Origin: an uncultured archaeon
Lineage (GTDB): Archaea > Thermoplasmatota > Penumbrarchaeia > JASLWR01
Direction of reading: 5' to 3'
Length of the DNA: 64,000 bases
NCBI GenBank assembly: GCA_964430885.1
Contig: CAYSHM010000001.1
Location: 96,001 to 160,000 of the forward strand
Of this stretch, positions 19,636-30,500 are shown in pieces. Within the stretch, counting starts at the first letter, position 1. Each line of letters opens with the position of its first letter. Position numbers and translations under genes: made by a program. The notes under the pieces are model-generated. The model was given only the letters and a program-made list of their open reading frames with translations. It was not told where the DNA came from and did no database searches.

Positions 19636-19652
19636 CTTTTTTATTTAGTTTT

Positions 19653-21707
19653 TTATAGGACTACTTTCTGCAGGTAATCGGAGATTCCGATTAATCTTTC
19701 CACTTCTCCTCTCCAGTTCAGCAGAATATTTTCATATTTTTTCTCTATCCTGTTAATGCTACTAGATAAATGCCTGAATATTCTGTTCTTATTACCTGAT
19801 TCTGAGATTCCCACAAGTATGAGGTCCTTTCCTGTAGCTATTACAACCGAGAATTTACCAAAGTCAATGGTGTTGAGAAATATTTTTTCACCGGCTATGC
19901 TTTCCGGCAGGTCAAATGAATCTTTAATGAAGTTTTTTACAGCTATCAACATGCTCCCCAGTATATCTTTGTCAACAATACTTCGCTGTCTGAAAACAAT
20001 ATGTTCTATAAGTATTCCATAGGTTGTCATTAGGAACAATTCATCAATGCCCATATCCGAAGCTTTTCCCTTTTTAATGGTTTTCGCTTCTGGAAATGTA
20101 AATGAAAATACATCTTCTTTTAAACCTTTTGGTGATCGACATCTGTGGGAATCAATACTGAATTTGGAATATTGTTCAAGGTCAGCCCAAATTGCAGGGG
20201 TGTACATTGAGGAACCAAGGGAAATACCCGCTTCTTCCATCATGGTTATTGCCGTGGTTGATAAGTATATAGAATGGCCAAAATCATATGTTTTTATCGA
20301 TTTGATAGCATCTATCAATAACATGTGTATCTCTTTTCTTTTGGCATCATTTTTCCTCATTTTTTCAATTATTCTAGATCCCTCAACAATATAAGTCATA
20401 GCTTTTCGGTATTCAAAACGGTCAATTTTAAGTGTATCAAGGGCTTCTTTTGCCTTGTCTTTAACTAGGGGATTGGAATCTTCAGTTGAATTGATTAGGG
20501 CAGGAATGGTATCAACTACGTATTCTCTATTGATTATGCCTATGTTCTTAATAATTTGAGCTATTCGCCATCTCACGAAGTAATAATTGTCCTTCAATCC
20601 TATAATGATCTCTTTAATGTTATCCTTGAATACTGATATATTCAGAAAACTGATAATTGTCAATGTGTTAGCTATTGATTTCTTAACTTCATTACTTCTT
20701 TCTTTCATCAATTTTTCAATAAGAATAGGTGCTAGCTGTTCACATGATTTGGGGCTGTATGGTATCAATGATCCCAGTGCGGATATTGTTTCAGCTCTTA
20801 CGATTATATTCCTGTTATTCATTTGTTCCTGTAGAATGGGAATAACTAACCGAGTTTGTTTTTTCCCTATATCTATTATGAAACTGGTAATGGTATTCTT
20901 ATCCGTTACGGCGCTGGAAGCATAGGCATTAATCAGCAAGTTCAATAGTGCGGTCAAGTCTTTTGACAGATCCGATAGAATATCATAAACATCTTGTTTT
21001 ACAAGGTTGTTTTTGTTATCAAGTTCGTTTATTATTAAGGGTATTACTTCGTCCGGGTTCTGCATTCCAACATTCTTGATGATCGACATCGAAGCTTCTC
21101 GAATATCAGAATTTTCATCTACCTTATATTGTCTTAATTTTTCATTCTTATAGCAGTCCATGAATAATTTATGGATGTATTGAATATTTTTTTTAAGATA
21201 GACCGGTTCCTTTCTACTTATTTTCTCTAAAGCAAACAAAGAAGAGGCATACAGAGAGATTTTATCATCAGTAAATGTGTGGGGTGGATATAATGGATAC
21301 TTCAAGGGCCGATTTAAAATTGCTGACATCCTTCCCTCAAGATTTGGCACCCTTCCTATAATATTACCAATACAGTATATAATATTCGTAAAGGGCTTCC
21401 ATCTTTTTATCCTTCCGTTTTTCATCTCAATAAGTGACCATTTCAGAATATTTTCCAAATTTTTATAATTCTTGATCACTGGTCTTTTATTTATCTCTGA
21501 GATACTCTTAATAAGATTGGAGGCCCCTATTCTGACTCTTTCGTTCCGGTGCTTCAGGAGGGGTACTAGTTGGTTCAATATTTCTTCAAGTGGTTTCTCC
21601 TTTTTACCAATGATATATTTATCAATTTTTTCAATAGCATTTTTTCTCTTTTTTGGTTTGGGGCTCTGAATATTTTTCAATTCCTTTTTAATATCTTTAG
21701 GAAGCAT
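19653..21707 (-). CDS. HEAT-repeat protein with C-terminal longin/roadblock-like domain
   Basis: HEAT signatures LLKHRNERVRIGA, NNRNIIVRAETISALG, LKDNYYFVRWRIAQII, EDSNPLVKDKAKEAL; C-terminal IDELFLM..GILI...DILGSMLIAVKNFIKDSF...IDFG...IEKKY...LLNWRG. Confidence 0.75.
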   Translation of the reverse strand: MLPKDIKKELKNIQSPKPKKRKNAIEKIDKYIIGKKEKPLEEILNQLVPLLKHRNERVRIGASNLIKSISEINKRPVIKNYKNLENILKWSLIEMKNGRIKRWKPFTNIIYCIGNIIGRVPNLEGRMSAILNRPLKYPLYPPHTFTDDKISLYASSLFALEKISRKEPVYLKKNIQYIHKLFMDCYKNEKLRQYKVDENSDIREASMSIIKNVGMQNPDEVIPLIINELDNKNNLVKQDVYDILSDLSKDLTALLNLLINAYASSAVTDKNTITSFIIDIGKKQTRLVIPILQEQMNNRNIIVRAETISALGSLIPYSPKSCEQLAPILIEKLMKERSNEVKKSIANTLTIISFLNISVFKDNIKEIIIGLKDNYYFVRWRIAQIIKNIGIINREYVVDTIPALINSTEDSNPLVKDKAKEALDTLKIDRFEYRKAMTYIVEGSRIIEKMRKNDAKRKEIHMLLIDAIKSIKTYDFGHSIYLSTTAITMMEEAGISLGSSMYTPAIWADLEQYSKFSIDSHRCRSPKGLKEDVFSFTFPEAKTIKKGKASDMGIDELFLMTTYGILIEHIVFRQRSIVDKDILGSMLIAVKNFIKDSFDLPESIAGEKIFLNTIDFGKFSVVIATGKDLILVGISESGNKNRIFRHLSSSINRIEKKYENILLNWRGEVERLIGISDYLQKVVL

Positions 21708-21740
21708 TGTTGCACCGGTTTTTTGGAAGGACTTCTATTA

Positions 21741-22292
21741 TTAGTTTCTGTTACGGTAGTATATAATAACTGCTACCATAAGGACCGAGGCAATAAAAAT
21801 CATATGAAAGCCTGGACTATCCTTTTCTTTTCCATTGTCGGATGTGTTACCATCTGGTTCAGAATCATCGTCACCAGGTGTATCATCATCAGATGTTTCG
21901 TTGCCAGTATCCAAGTGACCATCCAGATCGATCTCTTCAAAATCATTTTGATAGGTCTCAGTTCCATTATATGTGATCATTATCTTGTATTGATAGTGAT
22001 ATTGTACATCAAAATCTTCATAAGTGATTTCATAAGACCCAGGAGAATTTTGGGTCATTGGCAATGTGTCAGGCCGCAGACACATCTCACCTTCGCATTT
22101 CTGTATCATGAAATCAATTTTTTCAATATTATCTCCACTTACCGAGATATTTAGAACAAAGATTGCATCTTCGTAGTTTGTACCTGAGATATTTTCTTCC
22201 ATATTTGTAATGGAAACTTCCTCTGCAATTGCGGAAGGTAGTCCCAGTAATACCAGTATAGCTATCACAACTATCATTATTCTCCATTTCAT
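21741..22292 (-). CDS. Secreted protein with PGF-CTERM-like sorting signal
   Basis: Signal peptide AIA; acidic linker; DSPGF, TM helix, YRNRN. Confidence 0.75.
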   Translation of the reverse strand: MKWRIMIVVIAILVLLGLPSAIAEEVSITNMEENISGTNYEDAIFVLNISVSGDNIEKIDFMIQKCEGEMCLRPDTLPMTQNSPGSYEITYEDFDVQYHYQYKIMITYNGTETYQNDFEEIDLDGHLDTGNETSDDDTPGDDDSEPDGNTSDNGKEKDSPGFHMIFIASVLMVAVIIYYRNRN

Positions 22293-22389
22293 TTTATCAC
22301 CGAATTAGATACTTTTTTTGAAATATGATTTTACATTGTATATATTTAGCTTATATTAATACCAAATAATAATAATAATAACCCAGGGC

Positions 22390-22986
22390 TTAGAGGTTGC
22401 TTCCACCATAGAACAAGGTGACTCCGATATCACATATTATTCTAGCCTTATCGTTTATCACAACAGCAGATCTATGTATTGTGACCGTGTTCTTGCTGGA
22501 TTCGGTCTGGCTTGCTCCGCAACTTAGATCGATAATGTCGTTATTGACAGAAGTAATCGTGATGTTTATTTCCATATTGTTCTTCAATCCGAGGGTATCC
22601 TTGATTATTTGTATATCCAACACATCAACAAGGGCAATTATTTTATCATAACTAAGAACGCCGTAGCTTCTATTATCCCTGCATAATCCCAATGATTCCA
22701 TATAATATACGTTCTCGTTGTTGATATGTACCCCAGGTATATATTCCCAATTACGGGTTTTCATATGGGGTTTATTCATATTAGAAACCATTCCTGTGTT
22801 GCTTACTAAACTTTCGGACACACTGATGCATTTGTCCTCAACACCCGTAGTTTCACCACTTGAAGAATCAAATAATGTGGATACGGCTGTGAAATAAATG
22901 CTGGTCACTAGAATGAACACTGTAAATGCGAATATGTATTCGATAACTGGAGCAATGCCATCCTTATCACCTTTCAGCATTCTCAT
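22390..22986 (-). CDS. Pilin-like protein with probable class III signal peptide
   Basis: MRMLKGDKDG|IAPVIEYIFAFTVFILV: short charged leader, Gly at -1, hydrophobic helix with nearby Glu. Confidence 0.65.
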   Translation of the reverse strand: MRMLKGDKDGIAPVIEYIFAFTVFILVTSIYFTAVSTLFDSSSGETTGVEDKCISVSESLVSNTGMVSNMNKPHMKTRNWEYIPGVHINNENVYYMESLGLCRDNRSYGVLSYDKIIALVDVLDIQIIKDTLGLKNNMEINITITSVNNDIIDLSCGASQTESSKNTVTIHRSAVVINDKARIICDIGVTLFYGGSNL

Positions 22987-23098
22987 TCCAATCCCTTTTT
23001 GGAAAGCAGTATCGTATGAGGTTCATTCATCTTAAGCTTAACATTAGTTAGTTCCATTGTTAAACGAATCAATTAATTGATACTTTAAATAGGATATA

Positions 23099-25819
23099 TT
23101 ACCTTCTTTTTCGGTTGGAAATAGCTACTACGATAATACCAGAAATTACAGCAACAGCAACAAGGGTGCTGGTGAATCCAGGACTTTTAGGTTTACTTTT
23201 TTTCTTTACTTCAAGAGTGTAGTTATCAGCATTGCTTTCCATTCCTTTATCATCCTTTACCCACAGGCTTATCACATGTTCTCCGTATTTAGTAAACGTA
23301 TAATTCAATTCAGTTTCGTTTCCCCAATCCTGAATAACTTCTCCGTCAATGGACCACTTATATTGAGTGACATTTCCATCCAAATCAGTTCCGTCACCGG
23401 TGAAAACATAGAATTGCTTTAGCTTGTACTGGTCCTTATCTATGCTGGGTGTTATGAGTTTTGCAGTGGGAACCAGATTATTGATGATAATGGTTTTGAT
23501 TACCAAGTCGCTCTGGTCTCGTCGGTCATCTTCAACTAGCAGGGTTACATCATATGTTCCAGGTTTGGAAAAGCTGTGGCTGGGATTGGTATCAGTTGAC
23601 CTTGCTCCATCACCGAAATCCCAATTATATCTGATAATATCACCGCCTGTCTCGTTATCAGGATCATATGAGTATTCGGAGCTGAACTTGATCTCTTCAA
23701 GGGAATCATATGAGCTCTTCTCATCGGCGATGGTTATTGCAGCCACAGGAATCTTGTTTGGTACCAGGACATATACTATAATCGTATCTTTATCTGATTG
23801 TCCGCGGGGATCTGTGACAGTGATGGTCGCAGTATAGGTGCCAGGTTCATCGTATGAATGGGATGCATTGGGCTGATTTTGGCTTCCTGATGTTGAGTTG
23901 TCACCGAAATCCCAGTTATAGATACAGTTGTCCCCCTCACCTCCATCAATTGTTTCGTTTCCATTTGTATCATCATTAGGATCATATGAACGGCTACCGT
24001 CAAAAACAATGATATCGTCGGTTGTGAGTTCACCTTCACCGAATACCTGGGTACCCATTTTCTCAGTGGCCCCTGCTGAGGCTATCGGAGGTACATCGAT
24101 GTGAGCATAGAACATGATGTTCTCGGTGATATCGCCGTCAGTAATAATTATGTGTATTTCATACATATTATTGGGTCCGCCAGTGGTATATCTGTGTGTG
24201 AAGACAGCATTCAGTGATCTATTTACCTGGGTTCCCGAGTTATCGCCGAAATCTATCTCTATTTTCAATTCATGATCGTTATCAACACCTGGCAAATTAT
24301 CGGGGTCATCAGTTCCTGAGAAATCAAATACAATATCGTCTCCGATCATTACTAGGATGTCGTTATCTGCTGGATACTGAGCATCATCAAATTCGGATGA
24401 AACATTGAAATTGATTATTGGCCCTTCATTATTCTTTATCCATAGTTCATAGACATAGGTTATATTCCGGGTCCATTTATTGTTTACTGGCCCGTCGAAT
24501 ATTTTGACCGCAACATCATATGTTCCAGGAATATCATAGGTGTGCTGCAAAGTATGGAATTCTCTGCTGGCATTTGTATCCCAAACATCATCACCATCAA
24601 AATCCCATTGATATAAGATGGGCGCATTATAGATGGTGGCGTGTCTGTCATCATCAGCATGGATGGTAAAATCAACAGGCGTATGAACCAAAGCAGGATT
24701 ATTACTTACCAAGAAGTTCTCCACATATGGGTCTGAACCTGGATTCTGGCTTACATTTATCCAATGAGAAGTCCATCCACTTCTACCGTTTTCGTCCCAT
24801 ACATTCATTTCTATCCAAAATATGCCTGGGCTATCGAAGGAATGGTTGACATTTACCCCATTAAGACTTGCTACTTCATGATCGTATTGATACCATCCAT
24901 CACCATCTGTATCGGACCAAATTATCCAGGCTGCAGTCTGTATTTCAGCACCGACGGGACTTGTTGAGTTAATAGCCGAAAGATGGACACTTTCATTTGT
25001 GAGGAATCCATTTCTATGAACTGGATTAGTAGCAAAAGCTGGGTCCACCCACCAATCAGAACCATCCTGATCGGGGTCCGGTTCAATCACTGCAACAGGA
25101 TTCACTATTTGCCACTCATAGGGGAGTATGGCCCTGCTAGTTTTATTGAACGCTCCGCCGTAAATTGTACACCAGTCTTCATCCATTGCTGTGTTAGGAT
25201 TATCAGTTATACCATCAGTTCTCCATAATGCAAGCTGGATGTATCCTCCATTCATATTTCCGGGAGCCCCATTGGTATAACCCGTCGATTCAAAGTTGAT
25301 ATACTCTTCTGTAAGTCCACCTGGCTGTTGAGTGATGAAGGTTCCGAACTGTGCTCTAGTGTCCCAATCTCCATTACCGTCAGTATCAAACCTCAACTCC
25401 ATATGTATCTCTTTATTATCCACGTAATTTGTGTTTATCGTGAGATTGAGAGTGGGGATGATATTTGCATTGAAATTGGAAGTAAGACCATCTTCCCATC
25501 CTGGATACTCGGTATTCTCGTGATGCCAAGGGAACCAGAAGGTCATGGCGGAACTGCTGGAATCAAAGGATGAGTTCAGATTTGCCATGTTGAACTGATT
25601 GCTCCCACCCCCAACACTTGAATAATCGTCCAAATGCCAGATCTTTGCACCTTTATGATAGGAGTAGATATAATAAATGTTTCTTCCAGTCAAGACATCA
25701 GAAAAATTGTTCCAGGGTCTTCCATCGTCCTTAGTGGTTTCCGAGGCCATGGTAATGCTTACAGCGCTAACTGTGATTAGTAATAGCGTTATCATTATCA
25801 CTTTTGTTGCTGATCTCAT
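23099..25819 (-). CDS. PKD-domain surface protein with PGF-CTERM signal
   Basis: YQWDFDGD, YNWDFGD (x2), HSYDEPGTYTATITVTD; KSPGF, TM helix, NRKRR. Confidence 0.88.
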   Translation of the reverse strand: MRSATKVIMITLLLITVSAVSITMASETTKDDGRPWNNFSDVLTGRNIYYIYSYHKGAKIWHLDDYSSVGGGSNQFNMANLNSSFDSSSSAMTFWFPWHHENTEYPGWEDGLTSNFNANIIPTLNLTINTNYVDNKEIHMELRFDTDGNGDWDTRAQFGTFITQQPGGLTEEYINFESTGYTNGAPGNMNGGYIQLALWRTDGITDNPNTAMDEDWCTIYGGAFNKTSRAILPYEWQIVNPVAVIEPDPDQDGSDWWVDPAFATNPVHRNGFLTNESVHLSAINSTSPVGAEIQTAAWIIWSDTDGDGWYQYDHEVASLNGVNVNHSFDSPGIFWIEMNVWDENGRSGWTSHWINVSQNPGSDPYVENFLVSNNPALVHTPVDFTIHADDDRHATIYNAPILYQWDFDGDDVWDTNASREFHTLQHTYDIPGTYDVAVKIFDGPVNNKWTRNITYVYELWIKNNEGPIINFNVSSEFDDAQYPADNDILVMIGDDIVFDFSGTDDPDNLPGVDNDHELKIEIDFGDNSGTQVNRSLNAVFTHRYTTGGPNNMYEIHIIITDGDITENIMFYAHIDVPPIASAGATEKMGTQVFGEGELTTDDIIVFDGSRSYDPNDDTNGNETIDGGEGDNCIYNWDFGDNSTSGSQNQPNASHSYDEPGTYTATITVTDPRGQSDKDTIIVYVLVPNKIPVAAITIADEKSSYDSLEEIKFSSEYSYDPDNETGGDIIRYNWDFGDGARSTDTNPSHSFSKPGTYDVTLLVEDDRRDQSDLVIKTIIINNLVPTAKLITPSIDKDQYKLKQFYVFTGDGTDLDGNVTQYKWSIDGEVIQDWGNETELNYTFTKYGEHVISLWVKDDKGMESNADNYTLEVKKKSKPKSPGFTSTLVAVAVISGIIVVAISNRKRR

Positions 25820-25993
25820 AGTTGATCACTCCATATAGAATAATACTTCGAATTTAAATTTTTATATTTTTTACTCTATACCATATTCCTTCTGATTGAT
25901 TATAAACATTTTGACTAATTTTAAATCCCCAGGCCAATACCAGATACTAGTAAGAATAGGTGCATTTCCCCTGGGAAATAATTTGAAAACTTG

Positions 25994-26536
25994 TTAAAGA
26001 TGAATGTCTAGCCAGGCATCCTCAAAGGAATCCACGATCTCATCGGTGAAGCTCTTCTTATATGTGACCAATGCCTTTGCGACCATTTCGGGTTCCTTTA
26101 CATAATATCTTTTTTTACGTCCTATTTTCTCAAAATCAACAAATCCGGTTTTTACAACTTTTTTCATATGATAGGAAAATGTAGATGCTGAAAGGTTGAA
26201 TTCCTTTTTTATATCGCCATGACTCGCGCCTTCATTTAGAAGAATATAAATAATGATTTCACGAGGAGTTTTTTGTCTTAATATCGCCAGTAACTCTTTA
26301 TCGAATGTTTTTACCTGATCCCTGACGTAGTATCTTTTAAAACCTCTGCTTTTTTTAGATACGATGAGTTCCTTATCTTCTAGGTATCTTAAATGATAGT
26401 CCACAACTCCAGTAGGGAGATCCAATGAATGATAGATTTCTCTGAAATGGCACCCTGGGTGTTGGGAAACATATTCAAATATTATTTTTCGGGTATCCAG
26501 CTCCAGGATTCCTTTGTGTTTCATGGGATACCTCAA
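25994..26536 (-). CDS. Tandem winged-HTH transcriptional regulator (ArsR-like, COG3398-type)
   Basis: TRKIIFEYVSQHPGCHFREI...GVVDYHLRYL, second HTH STFSYHMKKV, KSFTDEIVDSFEDAW. Confidence 0.85.
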   Translation of the reverse strand: MRYPMKHKGILELDTRKIIFEYVSQHPGCHFREIYHSLDLPTGVVDYHLRYLEDKELIVSKKSRGFKRYYVRDQVKTFDKELLAILRQKTPREIIIYILLNEGASHGDIKKEFNLSASTFSYHMKKVVKTGFVDFEKIGRKKRYYVKEPEMVAKALVTYKKSFTDEIVDSFEDAWLDIHL

Positions 26537-26558
26537 GGATGGGAATTATTATGATAAT

Positions 26559-26849
26559 TTACCTCTTGAATATGGAAAGGTAAAGGGCGATCAGTATGAG
26601 AAGGTCGATGGTGATCAGTATGGCCAGAACATAAATGGATGAGCCTTCCAGCTCTAATAATCCTGTAAATAGTGTTATGGTGAGAACTACACCTTTAATG
26701 AAAAACAGACAAAACCCAACAGCAATATGCAGGATTTTATTATTTCTGGTCCTCCGGTAGGAGAGTAGCGCAATAGTGGTAATGCTCAAAGACAGTATAA
26801 CTATACTAGCCATAAGAACATCCATAAGATAGATTGACCAATTTGTTAT
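26559..26849 (-). CDS. Small three-TM membrane protein upstream of the HTH regulator
   Basis: ALLSYRRTRNNKILHIAVGFCLFFIKG resembles small membrane proteins paired with archaeal HTH genes. Start uncertain: ATA 26849 follows the RBS, or ATG 26825. Confidence 0.7.
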   Translation of the reverse strand: MTNWSIYLMDVLMASIVILSLSITTIALLSYRRTRNNKILHIAVGFCLFFIKGVVLTITLFTGLLELEGSSIYVLAILITIDLLILIALYLSIFKR

Positions 26850-27196
26850 GATTTCACCTCCTCTGGGAAAATGCACTCTGGTTTTTGTTGGATTTCACAT
26901 GAAATAAATGCAGTGATAATAATCTAGATATATTTTTTTGATATATGACATATCTCTACTTTTAGATATTAAATTTGCCTTAAGTTTGAGATAATGTCCC
27001 TTCCAAGCACAACTGAAACCTATTTGTCATTGGGCATAAGCTTAAATCTTAATATAAGTAATTTACTTTTATCTGGCCCTCCCCCCCTTGTCCCTTAACT
27101 TAAATAGAACCTAAGAAATGTTCATATTGAAAAATGATGCAAGAGAATCTTATGAGTTCTAATGCTGAACATTGTAATGAATGTTGGTGAGAACAG

Positions 27197-27499
27197 ATGT
27201 GCAAAGAAAAGGGCAGTAAGGAAGAAAGATACAACAAACTGAGATTAATTGAAATGGATTGCAATGAAAACATTTCACAAAATAGTTATGATGAAGTTTT
27301 GTCAAGTTTCATCGAAAGGGTAATATACAGGGAAAAATTGATTAGAAGAGTGGTAAAGCTCCTCACTTCGAGAAGGATTATGGAATTGAAACCTTGGTTT
27401 GACTTCCATTATATTTATTTAATAAGAAAAAAAAGAATGAGAGATATTATCAGGAGGATTAGACTTAAGACTCAGATCAAATGTATTTTTTCAACTTAA
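27197..27499 (+). CDS. Hypothetical basic protein
   Basis: 100-aa ORF with GGTGA upstream of ATG in otherwise non-coding space; no recognised motif. Confidence 0.45.
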   Translation: MCKEKGSKEERYNKLRLIEMDCNENISQNSYDEVLSSFIERVIYREKLIRRVVKLLTSRRIMELKPWFDFHYIYLIRKKRMRDIIRRIRLKTQIKCIFST

Positions 27500-27556
27500 T
27501 TTTCCCAATGGATGAAATGAATGCAGTTGATCTAAATCGGCAATGTAAGACCGCAA

Positions 27557-30500
27557 TTATTTTTTCATTTTATTAATCAGCACCCCGCCTGCTACAATAG
27601 CACCAGCCCCAAGGGCCACTATGCCGCCGAAAACAGCCCATGAACCGGCTGAAATACCGAAGACCTCTATGGCTTTATCTTCAACAGTAAATTTTTTCTT
27701 AACAACATTATTATTTACCCCTTGAGTTTGGTCATTCAGCTCTACTATCTCATCGATAGGATCTATAATGATCTCAAGTTCATGGTTACCCGCCTTTGCG
27801 GTCCAGGGGAAGGAAACAAATTTATTTTGCCCAGAACCTAGAACCTCAATGGTCATAGAATATGTTTCTTCTCCATCGATTTTCAGGACTGTCTCAACAT
27901 TTTCCGCATGAATATCTCCAATATTGGACACTCTAATGCTTATTGAATAGTCCATTCCATCTTTCATGTTATTTTCATAGGTTAGGCTTTCTTCAATAAT
28001 CAATAATTCAGCATAATCTATTAGATAAAGGATATTAATCTGATTATCATCTTTGACTTTCTCCACAAAAGTTTGTTCATCTCCGTCATCCCACGCAGAC
28101 ACGTTGATGTATGTTGATATGTTCTCATCAGATATTGCCCGGGGAATATTGGAATTAAGTGTGATCCACACACTCTGGTCGATATCCAGCTTGAATGTTG
28201 CAAAATCTGTTTTATTGGAGTAGATATAATTCACAATTTCACCTTGGCCGACTAGGTCAAGGGATTCGGAGAAATCCCATTTGATTTTATTTTCGGTAAG
28301 TGAACCGGTTCTTTGGTTTGCTATGCTTGAAAACCATACATCCCAATTCAGCGGGAAATTACCAGTAGAAATTCTCACATAGTCTTCACAGTTACCTTTA
28401 TTCGTAACAATAAACAGAAATGAACCCTGGGAGTTTGGATCAGTATTTACTGTCAGGCTCATCCCATCTCTGGATGCATCCCTATCGAGAGATTTTATCT
28501 CTATATCATGAACCTTGAAAACGGTGATCTGGACGCTTCTGAATCTAGGATCATCCTCCGATTTGATGCTTTCACCAAATTTATCACCTTTTCCTCTGCT
28601 GGATATGCCGAGATCGTAGACTCCGGCAATAGCGTCTTCCGGAACGAAGACCACAAAGCTCAGCTCCCGTTTTTCTCCAATAGCAAGTATTAAATTGGAA
28701 ATCTCAATGCCATCCTCTTCAAAATGACCGGTCCAATAAATGGTAGGTAGATCTTTGATATAGATGTTTATCTGATCCTGGGCATTGCCAATATTCTCCA
28801 TGGTAAAGTTATATATTACTTTCCTGCCCTTCACGGATATCTTCTCAGGGATCCCGTCCTTATTCTCGTCAAAATTAATTTCATATTTTATGCTGGCCTT
28901 TGGAGTAAGGCTGTCTGCTTTCTTTGAGAAATTCAACTGGTAATCGTAATATTCATTGACGATGGCAGTTATTTCTCCTCTTGCAACAACACTAGGATCA
29001 TCCACATCCTCCGCTCTTATAGTCATAACAATACGGGTTCCTGCAATGGCTCCAGCAGGGCATTCAACAATTGCTTTTAAAGGAACGGGCTCATGCTTTC
29101 TGAGATCTAAAGTGTGAATGTTGGTCAGACTGTCCTCCCAATATACTATCCATTTTTCATCGTCCTCCAAATTTAATTGCTGGGGAGGGAGATCTACAGT
29201 CAATCTTACAGTGGATCTGCTATTTCCTCTGTTGGTGATCACTACATTATAGGCCTCGGTATCACCAGGATCAACCTTCTTTATTGAATCGGATATCTCC
29301 AGTGATAATAGATTAGTTTCCTCAACAATTAAAATGACAGTATCTTCATTGGTCACGGTCTCTATCTTGCTTTGTTTGGAGATCTGGGAGGTAGCAGTCA
29401 CAGTTATATCCAACTGTTCGTTCTTTTCCGCAGTTATGGGGCAGTGTATGTAAATTGGGAATGAGGTTCGGCTATCCTCATTGCCGAAAAGACTTGTAGA
29501 AAGATAAATATCCTTTATATCGTGAACTCCATTATCATTGGGATCAAATGATACGGTCCATCCTGAAGGTATTCCTGACCTTATATCTATATCATAGGTA
29601 TCATTTATATTTCCAGTATTGGTGAGTTCAATATTCAGCATTTTATCCGCCCCGGCCGAAATACCGCTTATCTTCTGATCGGTAAATGGGTCTATATCTG
29701 CAGCTATATTCACAGACATGTCCACAATGATATCAATGAAGGTTGTCGTAGTAATGGAATCGGTGGCATTATTATCGCTCTCACTCATGGCAAAGGCTTC
29801 TATGGCTGCAAAATCACCAAATGATACATTCGCCTTAGGCGCAGTAATCTCAAGAGTGAAATCCACTCCTTGTCTTTCTTCGAGCTGTATATGTTCGATA
29901 ACTTCAACATTGGTGAAATCTTCGTAACGAGGATCCTCATGAACTGTTTCTCCATCATTGATTGGTACATTTTTAGCAATTAAGGTAGCAGTCCAGTTTT
30001 CGGGGATATTCTTTGTACTGAGTGTAAAGCGGTCTCTGAACATTCCAACGATTACACTTTGATGCCCAACATTTGTAAGGGTCAGATTGTATTGTGTGGT
30101 CGCCCCGGGTTCAATAAAATGAATGAGCGGGGACTGCAGAGAAGTATCAGTATGTTCTTCATCGACCGTTATTGAGGCCCCGTATTCAAGGGTACCGTTG
30201 TAGAAACCAGTATGTTCTCTATCGTATCTGAACATAGGCCAAGGCAATGCACTGGACGGCACTTGTCCGTCAGTTTCCAATGCCCTTAATGTACCCGATC
30301 CAGTAGCAAACACAACCTCAAGATAGCCATCTGAATTAATGTCGCCTATTACAGGTGAGGGGTCTGCGGTCACCGAAGAAGTTGGAATACCTTCATGAGT
30401 ATCATACTGCCATAGGATGGAACCATCTTCATCTATGGCGAAGCAGTTCCCGTCATTATTGACCTCCACAACTTCCAGTAATCCATCGCCGTCTAGATCG

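Noticed and set aside
21570-22154. 194-aa plus-strand hydrophobic ORF
   Set aside because: Antisense to two well-supported minus-strand genes.
27130-27175. Possible C/D box sRNA (ATGATGC...CTGA)
   Set aside because: Imperfect C box, too short, and no convincing D'/C' pair.
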